Of a stretch of 64,000 nt of DNA, positions 16,861 through 25,516 are shown piece after piece. This DNA comes from Nitrososphaerota archaeon (GTDB taxonomy: Archaea > Thermoproteota > Nitrososphaeria > Nitrososphaerales > Gagatemarchaeaceae), in NCBI GenBank assembly GCA_027886905.1, contig JAPCJO010000001.1, positions 2,030 to 66,029 of the forward strand. The letters are read 5' to 3'. Every line of letters starts with the position of its first letter. Within the stretch, counting starts at the first letter, position 1. A program made the position numbers and the translations under genes. Below the pieces are notes generated by a model. It made no database searches, was not told where the DNA came from, and saw nothing but the letters and a program-made list of their open reading frames with translations.

Positions 16861-18177
16861 TCACACGCTGATGTAGATCAGGGCGACGTTCAGCGCTATT
16901 ATGACGCCCCCGACCACGAGGGCCACGATGGTCGTCACGTGGCGGTTCACGTACGGCCCCATCACCTTCCTTCTGGCCGTGTACCAGATCAGGGGCACCA
17001 TGGGGAGGGGGATCAGGATGCTCAGGAAGACCTGGCTGTAGAACAGGAGCGCGAGCGGACTGATCCCGAGGAGGATGCAGACTGTCGTGGGAAATACGTT
17101 GATGACCCTGGTGATGACCCGCCTCAGGTACGGGTTCACCTTGATCCCCAGGAGCCCCGTCATCACCTCCTGGCCAGCAAGGGTCCCGACGACGGAGGAG
17201 GCGATTCCAGAGGCGAGGAGGGTGAGGGCAAAGGTCGTCGCGGCCAGGGGGCCGAACAGGGGCCTCAGCACGTTGTACGCGTCGCTGATCTGCTGGACGT
17301 TGCTGTACTTGGGAAAGAACGCGGCCGCGGCCATCACGAGGATCGCGACGTTGACGCACGCCGCGACCGCCAGGATGGCTACGTTCTCCCGCAGGTGGAG
17401 CCCGAGCATCTTCCTCTTTTGGGGATGCTCGTTCTCCTTGATGCCCCACCTCGTCAGCTTGGCGGAGGTGAGCGAGGAGTGTAGCCAGAGCGCGTGGGGC
17501 ATCACCGTGGCGCCGACTATCCCCACGACCACGAGCACGGTCCCGCTGGATATTGACGGGGAGACTGAGTGGATGGCGATCTGGTGGAGGTTCGGCGCGA
17601 CGAGTAGAAGCTCGTAGAGGAAGCCTATCGCGATGACCGAGACGAAGACCATGAAGAAGTATTCCACTATGCGGAGGCGGTTGCTCGTGAGCGCCAGGAG
17701 GACGATCACGTCCAGGGCGCCGAGGACGCTCGCGTAGAGCAGGGGGACCCCGAAGAGGATGTTGAGCGCGATGACCGTCCCCAGATACTCGGCGAGGTCG
17801 GTCGCGGCTATGGCGATCTCGGCGCCGAGCCAATAGGGGATTATTCGGCTCCTCGACTTTAGCGAACCCCGGATGAGCTGGGGCAGGCTGTTCCCGGTCG
17901 CTATGCCGAGCTTTCCCGAAAGGTACTGGAGCACCATCGCGAAGGCGCTCGCCATCCAGACCGCCCAGATCAGGTCGTAGTTGTACTGGGCGCCCCCCGC
18001 GATGTCCGTCCCAAAGTTCCCGGGGTCGACGTAGGCCAGGCTCACTATGAGGGTAGGGCCCAGGTACGTGAAGAAGTCGCGGAGAGAGATCCGCGGGTCG
18101 TTCTTGTGGTGCTCCGCCACCTCCGGTTCCTGCGTCGGCTCCAGAGGCTTGAGGCTCCTACTCCGGGGCGCGCTCAT
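16861..18177 (-). CDS. mntH: NRAMP-family divalent metal (Mn2+/Fe2+) transporter
   Basis: Motif DPGNFGTDIAGGAQYNYDLIWAV and 11-12 TM helices. The ATG at 18177 lies about 30 nt downstream of a TTTATATA box; the track start at 18267 lies upstream of that box. Confidence 0.9.
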   Translation of the reverse strand: MSAPRSRSLKPLEPTQEPEVAEHHKNDPRISLRDFFTYLGPTLIVSLAYVDPGNFGTDIAGGAQYNYDLIWAVWMASAFAMVLQYLSGKLGIATGNSLPQLIRGSLKSRSRIIPYWLGAEIAIAATDLAEYLGTVIALNILFGVPLLYASVLGALDVIVLLALTSNRLRIVEYFFMVFVSVIAIGFLYELLLVAPNLHQIAIHSVSPSISSGTVLVVVGIVGATVMPHALWLHSSLTSAKLTRWGIKENEHPQKRKMLGLHLRENVAILAVAACVNVAILVMAAAAFFPKYSNVQQISDAYNVLRPLFGPLAATTFALTLLASGIASSVVGTLAGQEVMTGLLGIKVNPYLRRVITRVINVFPTTVCILLGISPLALLFYSQVFLSILIPLPMVPLIWYTARRKVMGPYVNRHVTTIVALVVGGVIIALNVALIYISV

Positions 18178-18205
18178 GTGTTGATGCCTCTGGCGGGGCG
18201 CTTCG

Positions 18206-18248
18206 TATATAAACTTAGACAGGTCTAATATTTTTTGAACAGTCAAAA
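18206..18248 (-). promoter_or_regulatory. mntH promoter: TATA box TTTATATA (18206..18213) flanked upstream by two palindromes, TTAGAC-AG-GTCTAA (18215..18228) and TTTTGA-ACAG-TCAAAA (18233..18248)
   Basis: Read directly from the sequence. Located in the divergent intergenic region between the NRAMP gene and the DtxR-family gene. Confidence 0.45.
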
Positions 18249-18368
18249 TTTTGTCGAACCCTCGCAATTGTTTCCACGTCTCTAAACCGCGCCCGCCTCG
18301 AGGGCCGCGGGCGCCGGCGGTCTCCCAAGCTTTTTATCCGAAGGCATCCCGCCTTTCGTCGAAGTCGG

Positions 18369-18803
18369 GTGGCGAGAGCCGTTCCCCTGAAGAATGAGAC
18401 CTCCAGGCTAGAGGACTACCTCGAGGCGATCTACTCCCTCTTCGAGGAGAAGGGCTACGCGAGCACCGTGGACATCTCAGACAGGCTTCAGGTGAGGCCC
18501 CCCACAGTGACCAGCATGGTGCAGAAACTCGCGAAGAAGGGGTATCTCATCCACGAGCCCTACAGGGGGATGAGGCTCACCGAGAGCGGCGAGAAGCTCG
18601 CACGCTCCGTCGTCTCCAGGCACCACGTCATCTCGGAGTTCCTAGGGATGATAGGGGTCGGAGAGAAGGTGGCCTACGAGGACACCGAGGGGATAGAGCA
18701 CCACATCCAGCCGGTCACCTTCCGAAAGATAGAGAGGCTGGTTGAGTTCCTGAGGAAGAACCCGGACTACCTGAAGGCGGTCAGGGAATACGTCGACGGT
18801 TGA
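18369..18803 (+). CDS. DtxR/MntR family metal-dependent transcriptional regulator
   Basis: LEDYLEAIYSLFEEKGYASTVDISDRLQVRPPTVTSMVQKLAKKGYL and SRHHVISEFL. GTG start with TTTTTATCC about 30 nt upstream. Confidence 0.9.
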   Translation: MARAVPLKNETSRLEDYLEAIYSLFEEKGYASTVDISDRLQVRPPTVTSMVQKLAKKGYLIHEPYRGMRLTESGEKLARSVVSRHHVISEFLGMIGVGEKVAYEDTEGIEHHIQPVTFRKIERLVEFLRKNPDYLKAVREYVDG

Positions 18804-18859
18804 GCTCTAGCCAAAGGCGCACCAATCCTTATCTCTGAGGCGCGTCGGCGCGGGGATAG

Positions 18860-19135
18860 TTGAAGCTCCTCAAGCTGGAGTACGCGCCGACCGTCGTCCT
18901 CATGCTGGCCGTCGCCCAGATGGCATCCTTCGCCAACGCCGGCCTCTTCGAGGACAGCTACGCGGTCGCGGGGCTCTTCAGCTTCGCATCGCTCGTCAGC
19001 GGGTCGGGGGCCTACCTCTATCTCAGGACCAAGGACGTGACGGCCGCGCGGATCGCGATAGCTACGGGGATCCTCTTCTTCATCATGCTGTTCGCAATAG
19101 GCGAGTACCTCTTCGCGACATACATCCCGAGCTGA
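18860..19135 (+). CDS. Hypothetical small membrane protein (3 TM)
   Basis: TTG start, hydrophobic throughout. No family recognised. Confidence 0.4.
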   Translation: MKLLKLEYAPTVVLMLAVAQMASFANAGLFEDSYAVAGLFSFASLVSGSGAYLYLRTKDVTAARIAIATGILFFIMLFAIGEYLFATYIPS

Positions 19136-19160
19136 CCTCGCCCTGCGAGGGCTCGGGCGC

Positions 19161-20798
19161 CTAGGTCGCGGGCCTGACCAGGCTCGGGAGGGGCTTGTGG
19201 CTGACCTGCGCGAGCTTCGTGATGCCCCCGGTGAGGCTCTGGCTCTTGATCCCCTTGGATTTCAGGGCCTGCGCGGCCCTGAGGGAGGTGTTCCCCGACA
19301 TGCAGACGAGCAGGATCCTCTTCGCTCCTCCACCTGGCGAGCTCGACCCGTCGAGGACCGCGGTGAGGCCTGGCGGCAAGTCCCTTCCGGTGACCAGCAT
19401 TACCACGTCCCTCGGCGCGGCCACCCTAACGGAGCTTGCGGGGCGCCCCAGCGAGCTGGCTATGAGCTTCAGCCCTTCCTCGCTGGGCACGTACCCGGTG
19501 TGGGTCCACACGACCTCGTCGAACCTTCCCGGCCTCGCGTTCGCGCTCTCGAGCGTCACCTCCAGCCCCTCCTCCTGATCTTCCTGGTCGAGCGCCGACT
19601 CGAACACGCGCTTGTACTTCTTGGCGCCGTCCGCGAGGATGACCACGAACTTGCCTTCCATCCCGAAGTTGACCATCTGCAAGACGGCGTAGAGGGCGAG
19701 GGCGCTGCTCTCCCCGATGTCGAACCCCCTGCCCACGAGGAATGTGAAGAGCCTCTTCGCCTGCTCGAAGTCTACCTCGTGCTCGCCCGCGTACCTCTCC
19801 GGCTCGTAGAACTTCAGCCCGGCGGCCTTGCCCTTGGTTCGTATCCCGGCGACGTCGCGTCCCTCGGGAGGAAAGACCACGTGGACGACCTTCTTGCCAT
19901 TATACGTGCCCTGGACGTACCTGCTCAAGCCGCCCGACGTCCCTCCCGTCCCGAAGGTGCAGACGACGCGGAAGTCCTCCAGGGAGTAGCCGAGCTCATG
20001 AACCTGCTGGTCTATCTCCGGCCCGGTGACGCTGGCGTGCGCGTTCACGTTCTGCTCGTTGTCGTATTGCTCGGGGCAGAACCCCCCGTACGCCTCGGCG
20101 AAGAGCTTGGCAAGGTTGATCACGTCCTGCCTCGCCAGGAGCTCCTCCGCCCTGGGGCGGGCGGAGTCGAAGACGGCCGTGTCGAGCCCTATCTCTGAGA
20201 ACCTCTCCCGCATGTTTGTCGCGACCACCTTAGCCAGCAGCATGTTCGGGTCCATCTGCATCCCGGGGGCGGGGCAAACGTCCACGTCGAGGTCCACGGT
20301 CTTGACGTTGCTCCTGTCGAGCTCCTCGAGCACCCCCTCTTGGAGCTTCCTCGAGACCAGGACGACGACCTTGAGGCCCAGGTTCCCGGCGAGCCCCAGG
20401 GCGATCCCGAAGTTGCCAGAGGTGGCCTCGAAGACCGTCATCCCCCTCCTCAGCCTGCCCGTCCTTATCGCTTCGTGAACTATCTGCGTCGCGGCCCTGC
20501 TCTTGACCGAGCCTCCCAGGAGGAGGGCCTCCAGCTTCCCGAAGACCGAGAAGTCCCTCCCCGACAGCTCCAGGCCGTATTCCTCGCTTGCGCATTCCTT
20601 CATCGCCTTGGTGAGGTCCAGGAGCGGCGTCGGGTTGACTATCCTGCCGCCTTCCAGGTGTGGGATCCTGCTGAGTATGTCTCTCTCGAAAGCGCGCAGG
20701 AGCTCCGCGTCGATGGCTCCGCCGCTCGTTTCGCCGGGGTCCTGCATGTTTCGCCAGTTCGGATTCTGGCCTGAATATAAGGCGAATGATTCGGGCAT
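19161..20798 (-). CDS. PLP-dependent fold-type II enzyme (cysteine synthase/TrpB-like superfamily) fused to a C-terminal rhodanese domain
   Basis: PLP-lysine motif GGSVKSRAA, glycine loop TFGTGGTSGG, and C-terminal rhodanese loop LLVCMSGNTSLRAAQAL. The ATG at 20798 avoids overlap with the divergent gene. Confidence 0.8.
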   Translation of the reverse strand: MPESFALYSGQNPNWRNMQDPGETSGGAIDAELLRAFERDILSRIPHLEGGRIVNPTPLLDLTKAMKECASEEYGLELSGRDFSVFGKLEALLLGGSVKSRAATQIVHEAIRTGRLRRGMTVFEATSGNFGIALGLAGNLGLKVVVLVSRKLQEGVLEELDRSNVKTVDLDVDVCPAPGMQMDPNMLLAKVVATNMRERFSEIGLDTAVFDSARPRAEELLARQDVINLAKLFAEAYGGFCPEQYDNEQNVNAHASVTGPEIDQQVHELGYSLEDFRVVCTFGTGGTSGGLSRYVQGTYNGKKVVHVVFPPEGRDVAGIRTKGKAAGLKFYEPERYAGEHEVDFEQAKRLFTFLVGRGFDIGESSALALYAVLQMVNFGMEGKFVVILADGAKKYKRVFESALDQEDQEEGLEVTLESANARPGRFDEVVWTHTGYVPSEEGLKLIASSLGRPASSVRVAAPRDVVMLVTGRDLPPGLTAVLDGSSSPGGGAKRILLVCMSGNTSLRAAQALKSKGIKSQSLTGGITKLAQVSHKPLPSLVRPAT

Positions 20799-20853
20799 GT
20801 GGTCAGGGCGGGCAATCAGTTTATCAGCCGTCGCCGCGCCGACGAGCGACAGC

Positions 20854-21348
20854 ATGGCCAACAACAAGCCCGTCAACTTCATCGCGGAGGACGCGAAGCT
20901 CGGGAAGAACGTCAAGGTGTGGCACTTCGCGTATTTGGGCTCGAAGACCAAGGTAGGCGACAACGTCTCGATAGGGTCGCTCGCCCACGTCGACTACAAC
21001 GTCGTGGTCGGGGACAACACGAGGATAGAGGGCTCCGTCTACATCCCGCCGATGACCCGGATCGGCAAGGACGTCTTCATCGGGCCAGCAGCCGTGATAA
21101 CCAACGACCCCTACCCGATGAGCAAGAAGATGATAGGGGTGACAATAGAGGACGGCGCTGTCATCGGGGGCGGCTCGGTGATCAAGGCGGGCGTCAGGAT
21201 AGGCAAGGGTAGCGTCGTCGCGATGGGCGCCGTCGTCACCAAGGACGTGCCGCCCGGTGTTGTCGTCTTGGGCGTCCCTGCCCGGGTCGTCTACACCAGA
21301 AAGGAGTACGACGCCAAGAAGCTCCAGTGGGAATCCAGCGCCCCCTGA
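20854..21348 (+). CDS. Left-handed beta-helix (hexapeptide-repeat) acetyl/acyltransferase
   Basis: Repeated [LIV]G-x4 hexapeptides (VGDNVSIGSLAHVDYNVVVGDNTRIEGSVYI...). The upstream part of the track ORF (from 20503) is an antisense shadow. Confidence 0.8.
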   Translation: MANNKPVNFIAEDAKLGKNVKVWHFAYLGSKTKVGDNVSIGSLAHVDYNVVVGDNTRIEGSVYIPPMTRIGKDVFIGPAAVITNDPYPMSKKMIGVTIEDGAVIGGGSVIKAGVRIGKGSVVAMGAVVTKDVPPGVVVLGVPARVVYTRKEYDAKKLQWESSAP

Positions 21349-21355
21349 AGGACGT

Positions 21356-22390
21356 TCACAGCAGCCAAGTGATGACGGACGTGATGACCGAGAGGATCCC
21401 GGCGTATGCTGAGATCGTGAGTATCGCGCCGACCAGCGACTTCTCGCCCAGCGGCTCGCGGAGGAGAATCATCCTGGCGAGGGTCGTCGGGGCCCTAGCC
21501 TCTCTCGAGGCGTGGAGCCGCCCGTCCTCCCCCACGTAGGTCGGTCTCGCGGCCATCTGCTTCCTCTCCACGAGTCCTCGCACGCTGGACAGGATGTAGT
21601 ACGAGTTCAACACCGCCGGTATGAGGGCGACCAGCGCGGCGATCTCCACCCCGCATACTATGGAGAGGATGACGAAAGTGGCCCCGAAGGTCAGGCTCCC
21701 GCTGTCGCCATCGAAGACCTTCGACGGAAACCTGTTGAAGTAGTAGAACCCGAGAGAGACCCCGAGGAGCGGGAGCGCTACCGCGAGCGTCGCCGCAGTG
21801 GTCTGCCCTATCGCGTAAGACCTGAGGAGGACCGCGACGACCAGGGCTCCCGAGACTATTGCCGTGAAACCGGAGATCTCTCCGTTGAACGCATCGAGCA
21901 TGTTGAACGCGTTCGACGCGACCGGGATGGACGCGATGACGATGAGCCCGAAGATTATGAAGTGGGTGCCGGTCTTGGTGAGGAGCGGAAAGTAGACTGT
22001 CGGGTCATAGACGGCCGGATTGTAGTGCTCCGCCACGACCACGAAGACGCCGACGAGGGCGAGGAGCGCGGGCTTCACGACTCCGCCCAGGCCCCGAAGG
22101 TCGTCATAGAGCCCGATGAGCCCGCACGAGAGGATGACCACTATCAGGACGAGGGGCACGACGGAGTTGTAGAATGCCCAAGCTACGACCTCACCGACGA
22201 CCAGCGCGGCTATCAGCAGAGGGCCTGCCGGCGTCGGGACGCGGACGTCCTTTCCCTTGTGCGCGTCGCTGGTGGTCCTCCCCTTTTTGCGCAGGAACTC
22301 GATGTAGCGGGGCATCACGAGGAAGACGGCCGCCGTGGGGAGGGCGAACGCGAGGGCCAGCGGGACCGCATCGCCCAAAGAAGGCAGCAA
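21356..22390 (-). CDS. Glycosyltransferase family 4 (MraY/WecA/AglH-like) polyprenyl-phosphate HexNAc-1-phosphate transferase
   Basis: Motifs GLYDDLRGL and NAFNMLDAFNGEISG, with 10 TM helices. Confidence 0.85.
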   Translation of the reverse strand: MLPSLGDAVPLALAFALPTAAVFLVMPRYIEFLRKKGRTTSDAHKGKDVRVPTPAGPLLIAALVVGEVVAWAFYNSVVPLVLIVVILSCGLIGLYDDLRGLGGVVKPALLALVGVFVVVAEHYNPAVYDPTVYFPLLTKTGTHFIIFGLIVIASIPVASNAFNMLDAFNGEISGFTAIVSGALVVAVLLRSYAIGQTTAATLAVALPLLGVSLGFYYFNRFPSKVFDGDSGSLTFGATFVILSIVCGVEIAALVALIPAVLNSYYILSSVRGLVERKQMAARPTYVGEDGRLHASREARAPTTLARMILLREPLGEKSLVGAILTISAYAGILSVITSVITWLL

Positions 22391-22557
22391 CGCGATGGCC
22401 GCCCTCCTATTCGAACCTTAAAACCTTCGATGCGGTCGGGGCAACTCCGAGAGGCGGGCCAAAAACCGCCTCCCTGCGCTCGCCAACGAGGTGTCGGGAG
22501 CGTTGCCAATCAAGAATAAATATCTCCCGCATACGGGTAGGACGCGACTAGCTTCAG

Positions 22558-22845
22558 ATGAACATCAAAGATCTCAGGGACGGAATGAGGACGGTTGAGG
22601 CCGAAGGGGAAGTAATCGAAATATCGAGTCCGAGGGAAGTGTCACTGCGCACGGGCGGGCAGGCGAGGGTGGCAGACGCCACTCTGAAGGACGAGACGGG
22701 GACGATAAAGCTCTCGCTCTGGGACAACCAGATCGACATGGTGACGAAGGGCGCTCGCGTGAAGGTCAGCAACGGATACACCAACAACTTCCGCGGTGAG
22801 GTCCAGCTGAACATAGGCAGGTACGGGAAGCTAGAGGTTCTCTAG
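22558..22845 (+). CDS. Single OB-fold nucleic-acid-binding protein (SSB/RPA-like)
   Basis: A 95-aa all-beta pattern: VEAEGEVIEISSPREVSLRTGGQARVADATLKDETGTIKLSLWDNQ. AATAAATAT box about 37 nt upstream. Confidence 0.65.
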   Translation: MNIKDLRDGMRTVEAEGEVIEISSPREVSLRTGGQARVADATLKDETGTIKLSLWDNQIDMVTKGARVKVSNGYTNNFRGEVQLNIGRYGKLEVL

Positions 22846-22902
22846 CACCAGCCTGCTTTCCAACACCGTTATACGAGACCCCTGCGCTCCGCAAATGAGG
22901 AC

Positions 22903-23445
22903 ATGGGGCGGACAGGCAGGGTCTATCGCAGGGTTCGGGCGAACTTCACCGACAAGCCCACTTTCTTCACCTGGGTAAAGGACTCGAGGCTCGCCGCCTC
23001 CGGCCGGCCGTACTCCAAGGGCCAGGTCGACTGGCTCAAGGAAAACGGGGTGACGGCCATTCTCACGCTCACCGAGGAACCCCTGCCTGCCGACTGGACG
23101 AGGGGCATCGAGAACCGCCACATCTCCCTCAGCGACCACGCCCCTCTTGGCGCCCCCCAGATGAGGCTAGGGGCGGACTACATCGCCTCGGCGCTCGCCG
23201 AAGGGAAGGTCGTGCTGGTCCACTGCCTCGCGGGCAAGGGGAGGACGGGCTGCGTCCTCGCGGCCTACATGATGGCCTATGAGGGGAAGACGGCCAGGCA
23301 GGCCATCGGGGAGCTGCGCTCGACGCGCGGCGGCTCCGTCGAGGCCCCGCAGGAGCGGAACGTGCTGGAGTTCGAGGCCGAGGCGCTCAAAGCATGGTCG
23401 TCGAGAGCCCCACGACGAGAAACCACACGCCGAACCCCACCATGA
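22903..23445 (+). CDS. Dual-specificity protein phosphatase (Cys-X5-Arg)
   Basis: Active-site loop VHCLAGKGRTG. Confidence 0.8.
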   Translation: MGRTGRVYRRVRANFTDKPTFFTWVKDSRLAASGRPYSKGQVDWLKENGVTAILTLTEEPLPADWTRGIENRHISLSDHAPLGAPQMRLGADYIASALAEGKVVLVHCLAGKGRTGCVLAAYMMAYEGKTARQAIGELRSTRGGSVEAPQERNVLEFEAEALKAWSSRAPRRETTRRTPP

Positions 23446-24016
23446 TCGCGGCCGAGGCGTAGGCGATGACGGGAGCGAGGCGCTGGTACCTCCTCGCCCC
23501 CTCGTGGACGAGCGCAGTGACGACCAGCGTCCACGACACGATCCCGACGAAGAAGCCCACCGCCACGCTCGGGCCAAAGTCGGAGACCATGCTCGCCCCC
23601 ACCGCGACCCACCACCCGAACTGGTAGGGGTTTGTCAGGCCTATCGAGAGCCCTAGCAGGAAGGGCGACCTCCCCGCGGCCGAGGACGACCAACGGCTGG
23701 ACCTCGAAGGGAGGGCTCCTCCGCCCCGCCGCCCCGCCGTCCTGACCGTCGAGAGCGCGAGGTAGAGCATCAGCATGCCTCCGACAACGAACAGCGCGCC
23801 CCTCTCTTCGGGCGTGACCAGCCTGGCCACTCCGTAGTATGTCAGGACGAAAAAGACCCCGTCCGCCAGTGTCGCGCCCACCATGACCAGCCATCCCGAA
23901 AGCCACGAGCGCGAGACGACCAGCTGGACGGAAAGGGCGGTGACCGGGCCTGGGGGCGCGGCAATCGAGAGCCCCAAGACCACCCCTGTCAGGAGGATTT
24001 GGAGGACGGCGGGCAA
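23387..24016 (-). CDS. LysE/RhtB family amino-acid exporter
   Basis: N-terminus LLTGVVLGLSIAAPPGPVTAL and six TM helices. Confidence 0.8.
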   Translation of the reverse strand: MPAVLQILLTGVVLGLSIAAPPGPVTALSVQLVVSRSWLSGWLVMVGATLADGVFFVLTYYGVARLVTPEERGALFVVGGMLMLYLALSTVRTAGRRGGGALPSRSSRWSSSAAGRSPFLLGLSIGLTNPYQFGWWVAVGASMVSDFGPSVAVGFFVGIVSWTLVVTALVHEGARRYQRLAPVIAYASAAIMVGFGVWFLVVGLSTTML

Positions 24017-24179
24017 TTACCCCACACCCGAGGACGCCGAGACCTGCCGCGATGCTCTAAAAGTCATGGTCGGGCTGCGGGGGCTTATAAGGCGAACGTG
24101 AGAATTTACACAAACAGTTACCAATTGTATTCATGATGTTTAATACACCTTAAATCCGCGGCCGGCGTTGCGAGGGACT

Positions 24180-24299
24180 ATGACCCTCGATGAGAAAGTA
24201 AGATACGGCATGATGGCTCTGACCGGAGCGTCCGTCGTCTTCGCGACGCTGGGCGTGCATTTCTCTCCGCTCATAGTCACGCACGGCTACGGGGACTAG
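24180..24299 (+). CDS. Unannotated 39-aa membrane mini-protein (copy 1): MTLDEKVRYGMMALTGASVVFATLGVHFSPLIVTHGYGD
   Basis: Not in the ORF track because it is under 60 aa. It has a paralog at 36942..37061 with 27 of 39 identical residues. Within the first 13 codons the 7 codon differences are all synonymous. CCTTAAATCC box about 25 nt upstream. Confidence 0.55.
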   Translation: MTLDEKVRYGMMALTGASVVFATLGVHFSPLIVTHGYGD

Positions 24300-24327
24300 A
24301 GCAGTCGAGAGCCCGAACGGGCCCTAG

Positions 24328-25479
24328 CTAGGGTCCGCTCTTGATCTGCATCAGAAGCCGCTCGAACTTGCTGAGGATTTCGGACTGGTCGAACTTCCAG
24401 CTCTTCGACTCGCTGTCGTAGAGGCGGGGCTCGATGCTGAAGGACAGCGAATGCTTCTGGTCCGCCATGAACCACCGCGCTTTGCCCTTGACAGGCAGCA
24501 GCGCGCGGGCAAGGAACTGCATCGCCTCCGAGATGTCCTCTGTGGGGAACACCATCTGGGCGTAGTAGCTGCTCCTCCCGGAAGCCTCGAACCAGAGGAA
24601 CGGGAGCGTGTTGGTGAGTCCCATCACCGTGGCCCTCTCGCCGGGCGTGATGTCCTTGACGATGATGTCTATCGGCTGGTAGGTGTGCCTCCTGTGCTTC
24701 CCCCTGTCGTTCTCGGGGTTGTAGCCGGTGCCGATCCAGTTCACCTTGTGCCCCTTTAGCATCTCCCTGCCGAGAACGTGCTTCCTGTGGTGGAAGCTCA
24801 GCGTCTTGTAGTTGATCCCAGTCTCCTTCTGGATCTCAGACAGAGGCTTGGTCTCGTCCCTCTGAAGCCACTTTATTATCTCTAGGTCGATCTTGTCCAC
24901 CTGCGTCCTCGGGGAAGGCCCCTCTACGACCTCCGGGTACAGTTTCGCCGGGACAGACCACTCGAACTCCCACCTCCCTTCCTCGAAATCGTAGAGGTCC
25001 GACTTCATTGGCACATGTCTTGCCCAGTCGTAGGTGGAGAACTCAAGCGAAGTGAAGAGGCCTTCATCGCCCAGGCGGCGAATCATCTCGATCCAGGCGT
25101 TGACGGACTCCGCTGGCACCGTGGCCTTGACTATGTAGTGGCCTTCCGGCACCGTCCTGACGAAGCTCTGGACGTAGCAGAGCTGGCTCATGGCGGCCAG
25201 GATCGGCTCCGCCTGGACCTCGTAGTCCTTGGCGAAGTCGACCACCGCGACCACCCTCACCAGCCCGAGCGCCTCGAAGTTGACGCTCGGCTGAATAACC
25301 ATTCCTTGCTTGAGGAGCTTCTTGAACCAATAACGGACTGACTCTTTGTGCTCCCCCATCCTCTTTGCTATCGCGGGCACGTCCGGGCCGACCTCGGTCA
25401 CCAACTTTGCAAACTCTGCCGTCTTTGCATTGATATCCCTGGTCTTTTTCGAATGTACCATAGCGGGTTCGGAGGTCAT
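24328..25479 (-). CDS. Tandem double winged-helix (Lrp/AsnC-like HTH plus alpha/beta domain, twice) putative regulator, paralog 1
   Basis: Two HTH-like segments (VPAIAKRMGEHKESVRYWFKKLLKQGMV and DLEIIKWLQRDETKPLSEIQKETGINYKTLSFHHRKHV). Same length (384 aa in the track) and collinear similarity with 37080..38234. Confidence 0.75.
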   Translation of the reverse strand: MTSEPAMVHSKKTRDINAKTAEFAKLVTEVGPDVPAIAKRMGEHKESVRYWFKKLLKQGMVIQPSVNFEALGLVRVVAVVDFAKDYEVQAEPILAAMSQLCYVQSFVRTVPEGHYIVKATVPAESVNAWIEMIRRLGDEGLFTSLEFSTYDWARHVPMKSDLYDFEEGRWEFEWSVPAKLYPEVVEGPSPRTQVDKIDLEIIKWLQRDETKPLSEIQKETGINYKTLSFHHRKHVLGREMLKGHKVNWIGTGYNPENDRGKHRRHTYQPIDIIVKDITPGERATVMGLTNTLPFLWFEASGRSSYYAQMVFPTEDISEAMQFLARALLPVKGKARWFMADQKHSLSFSIEPRLYDSESKSWKFDQSEILSKFERLLMQIKSGP

Positions 25480-25516
25480 CACCCAGGTTCCATGACACTA
25501 TGGTATTTAATCTTGT

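Noticed and set aside
16823-17833. 336-aa minus-strand ORF in an alternative frame of the NRAMP gene
   Set aside because: It is an Arg/Pro-rich shadow frame. The NRAMP frame has the DPGN motif and TM helices.
20799-20963. N-terminal extensions of the PLP-rhodanese ORF (to 20963) and of the hexapeptide transferase ORF (from 20503)
   Set aside because: The two extensions overlap each other and the opposing gene. Internal ATGs at 20798 and 20854 give divergent genes with a clean 55-nt intergenic region and homologous N-termini.
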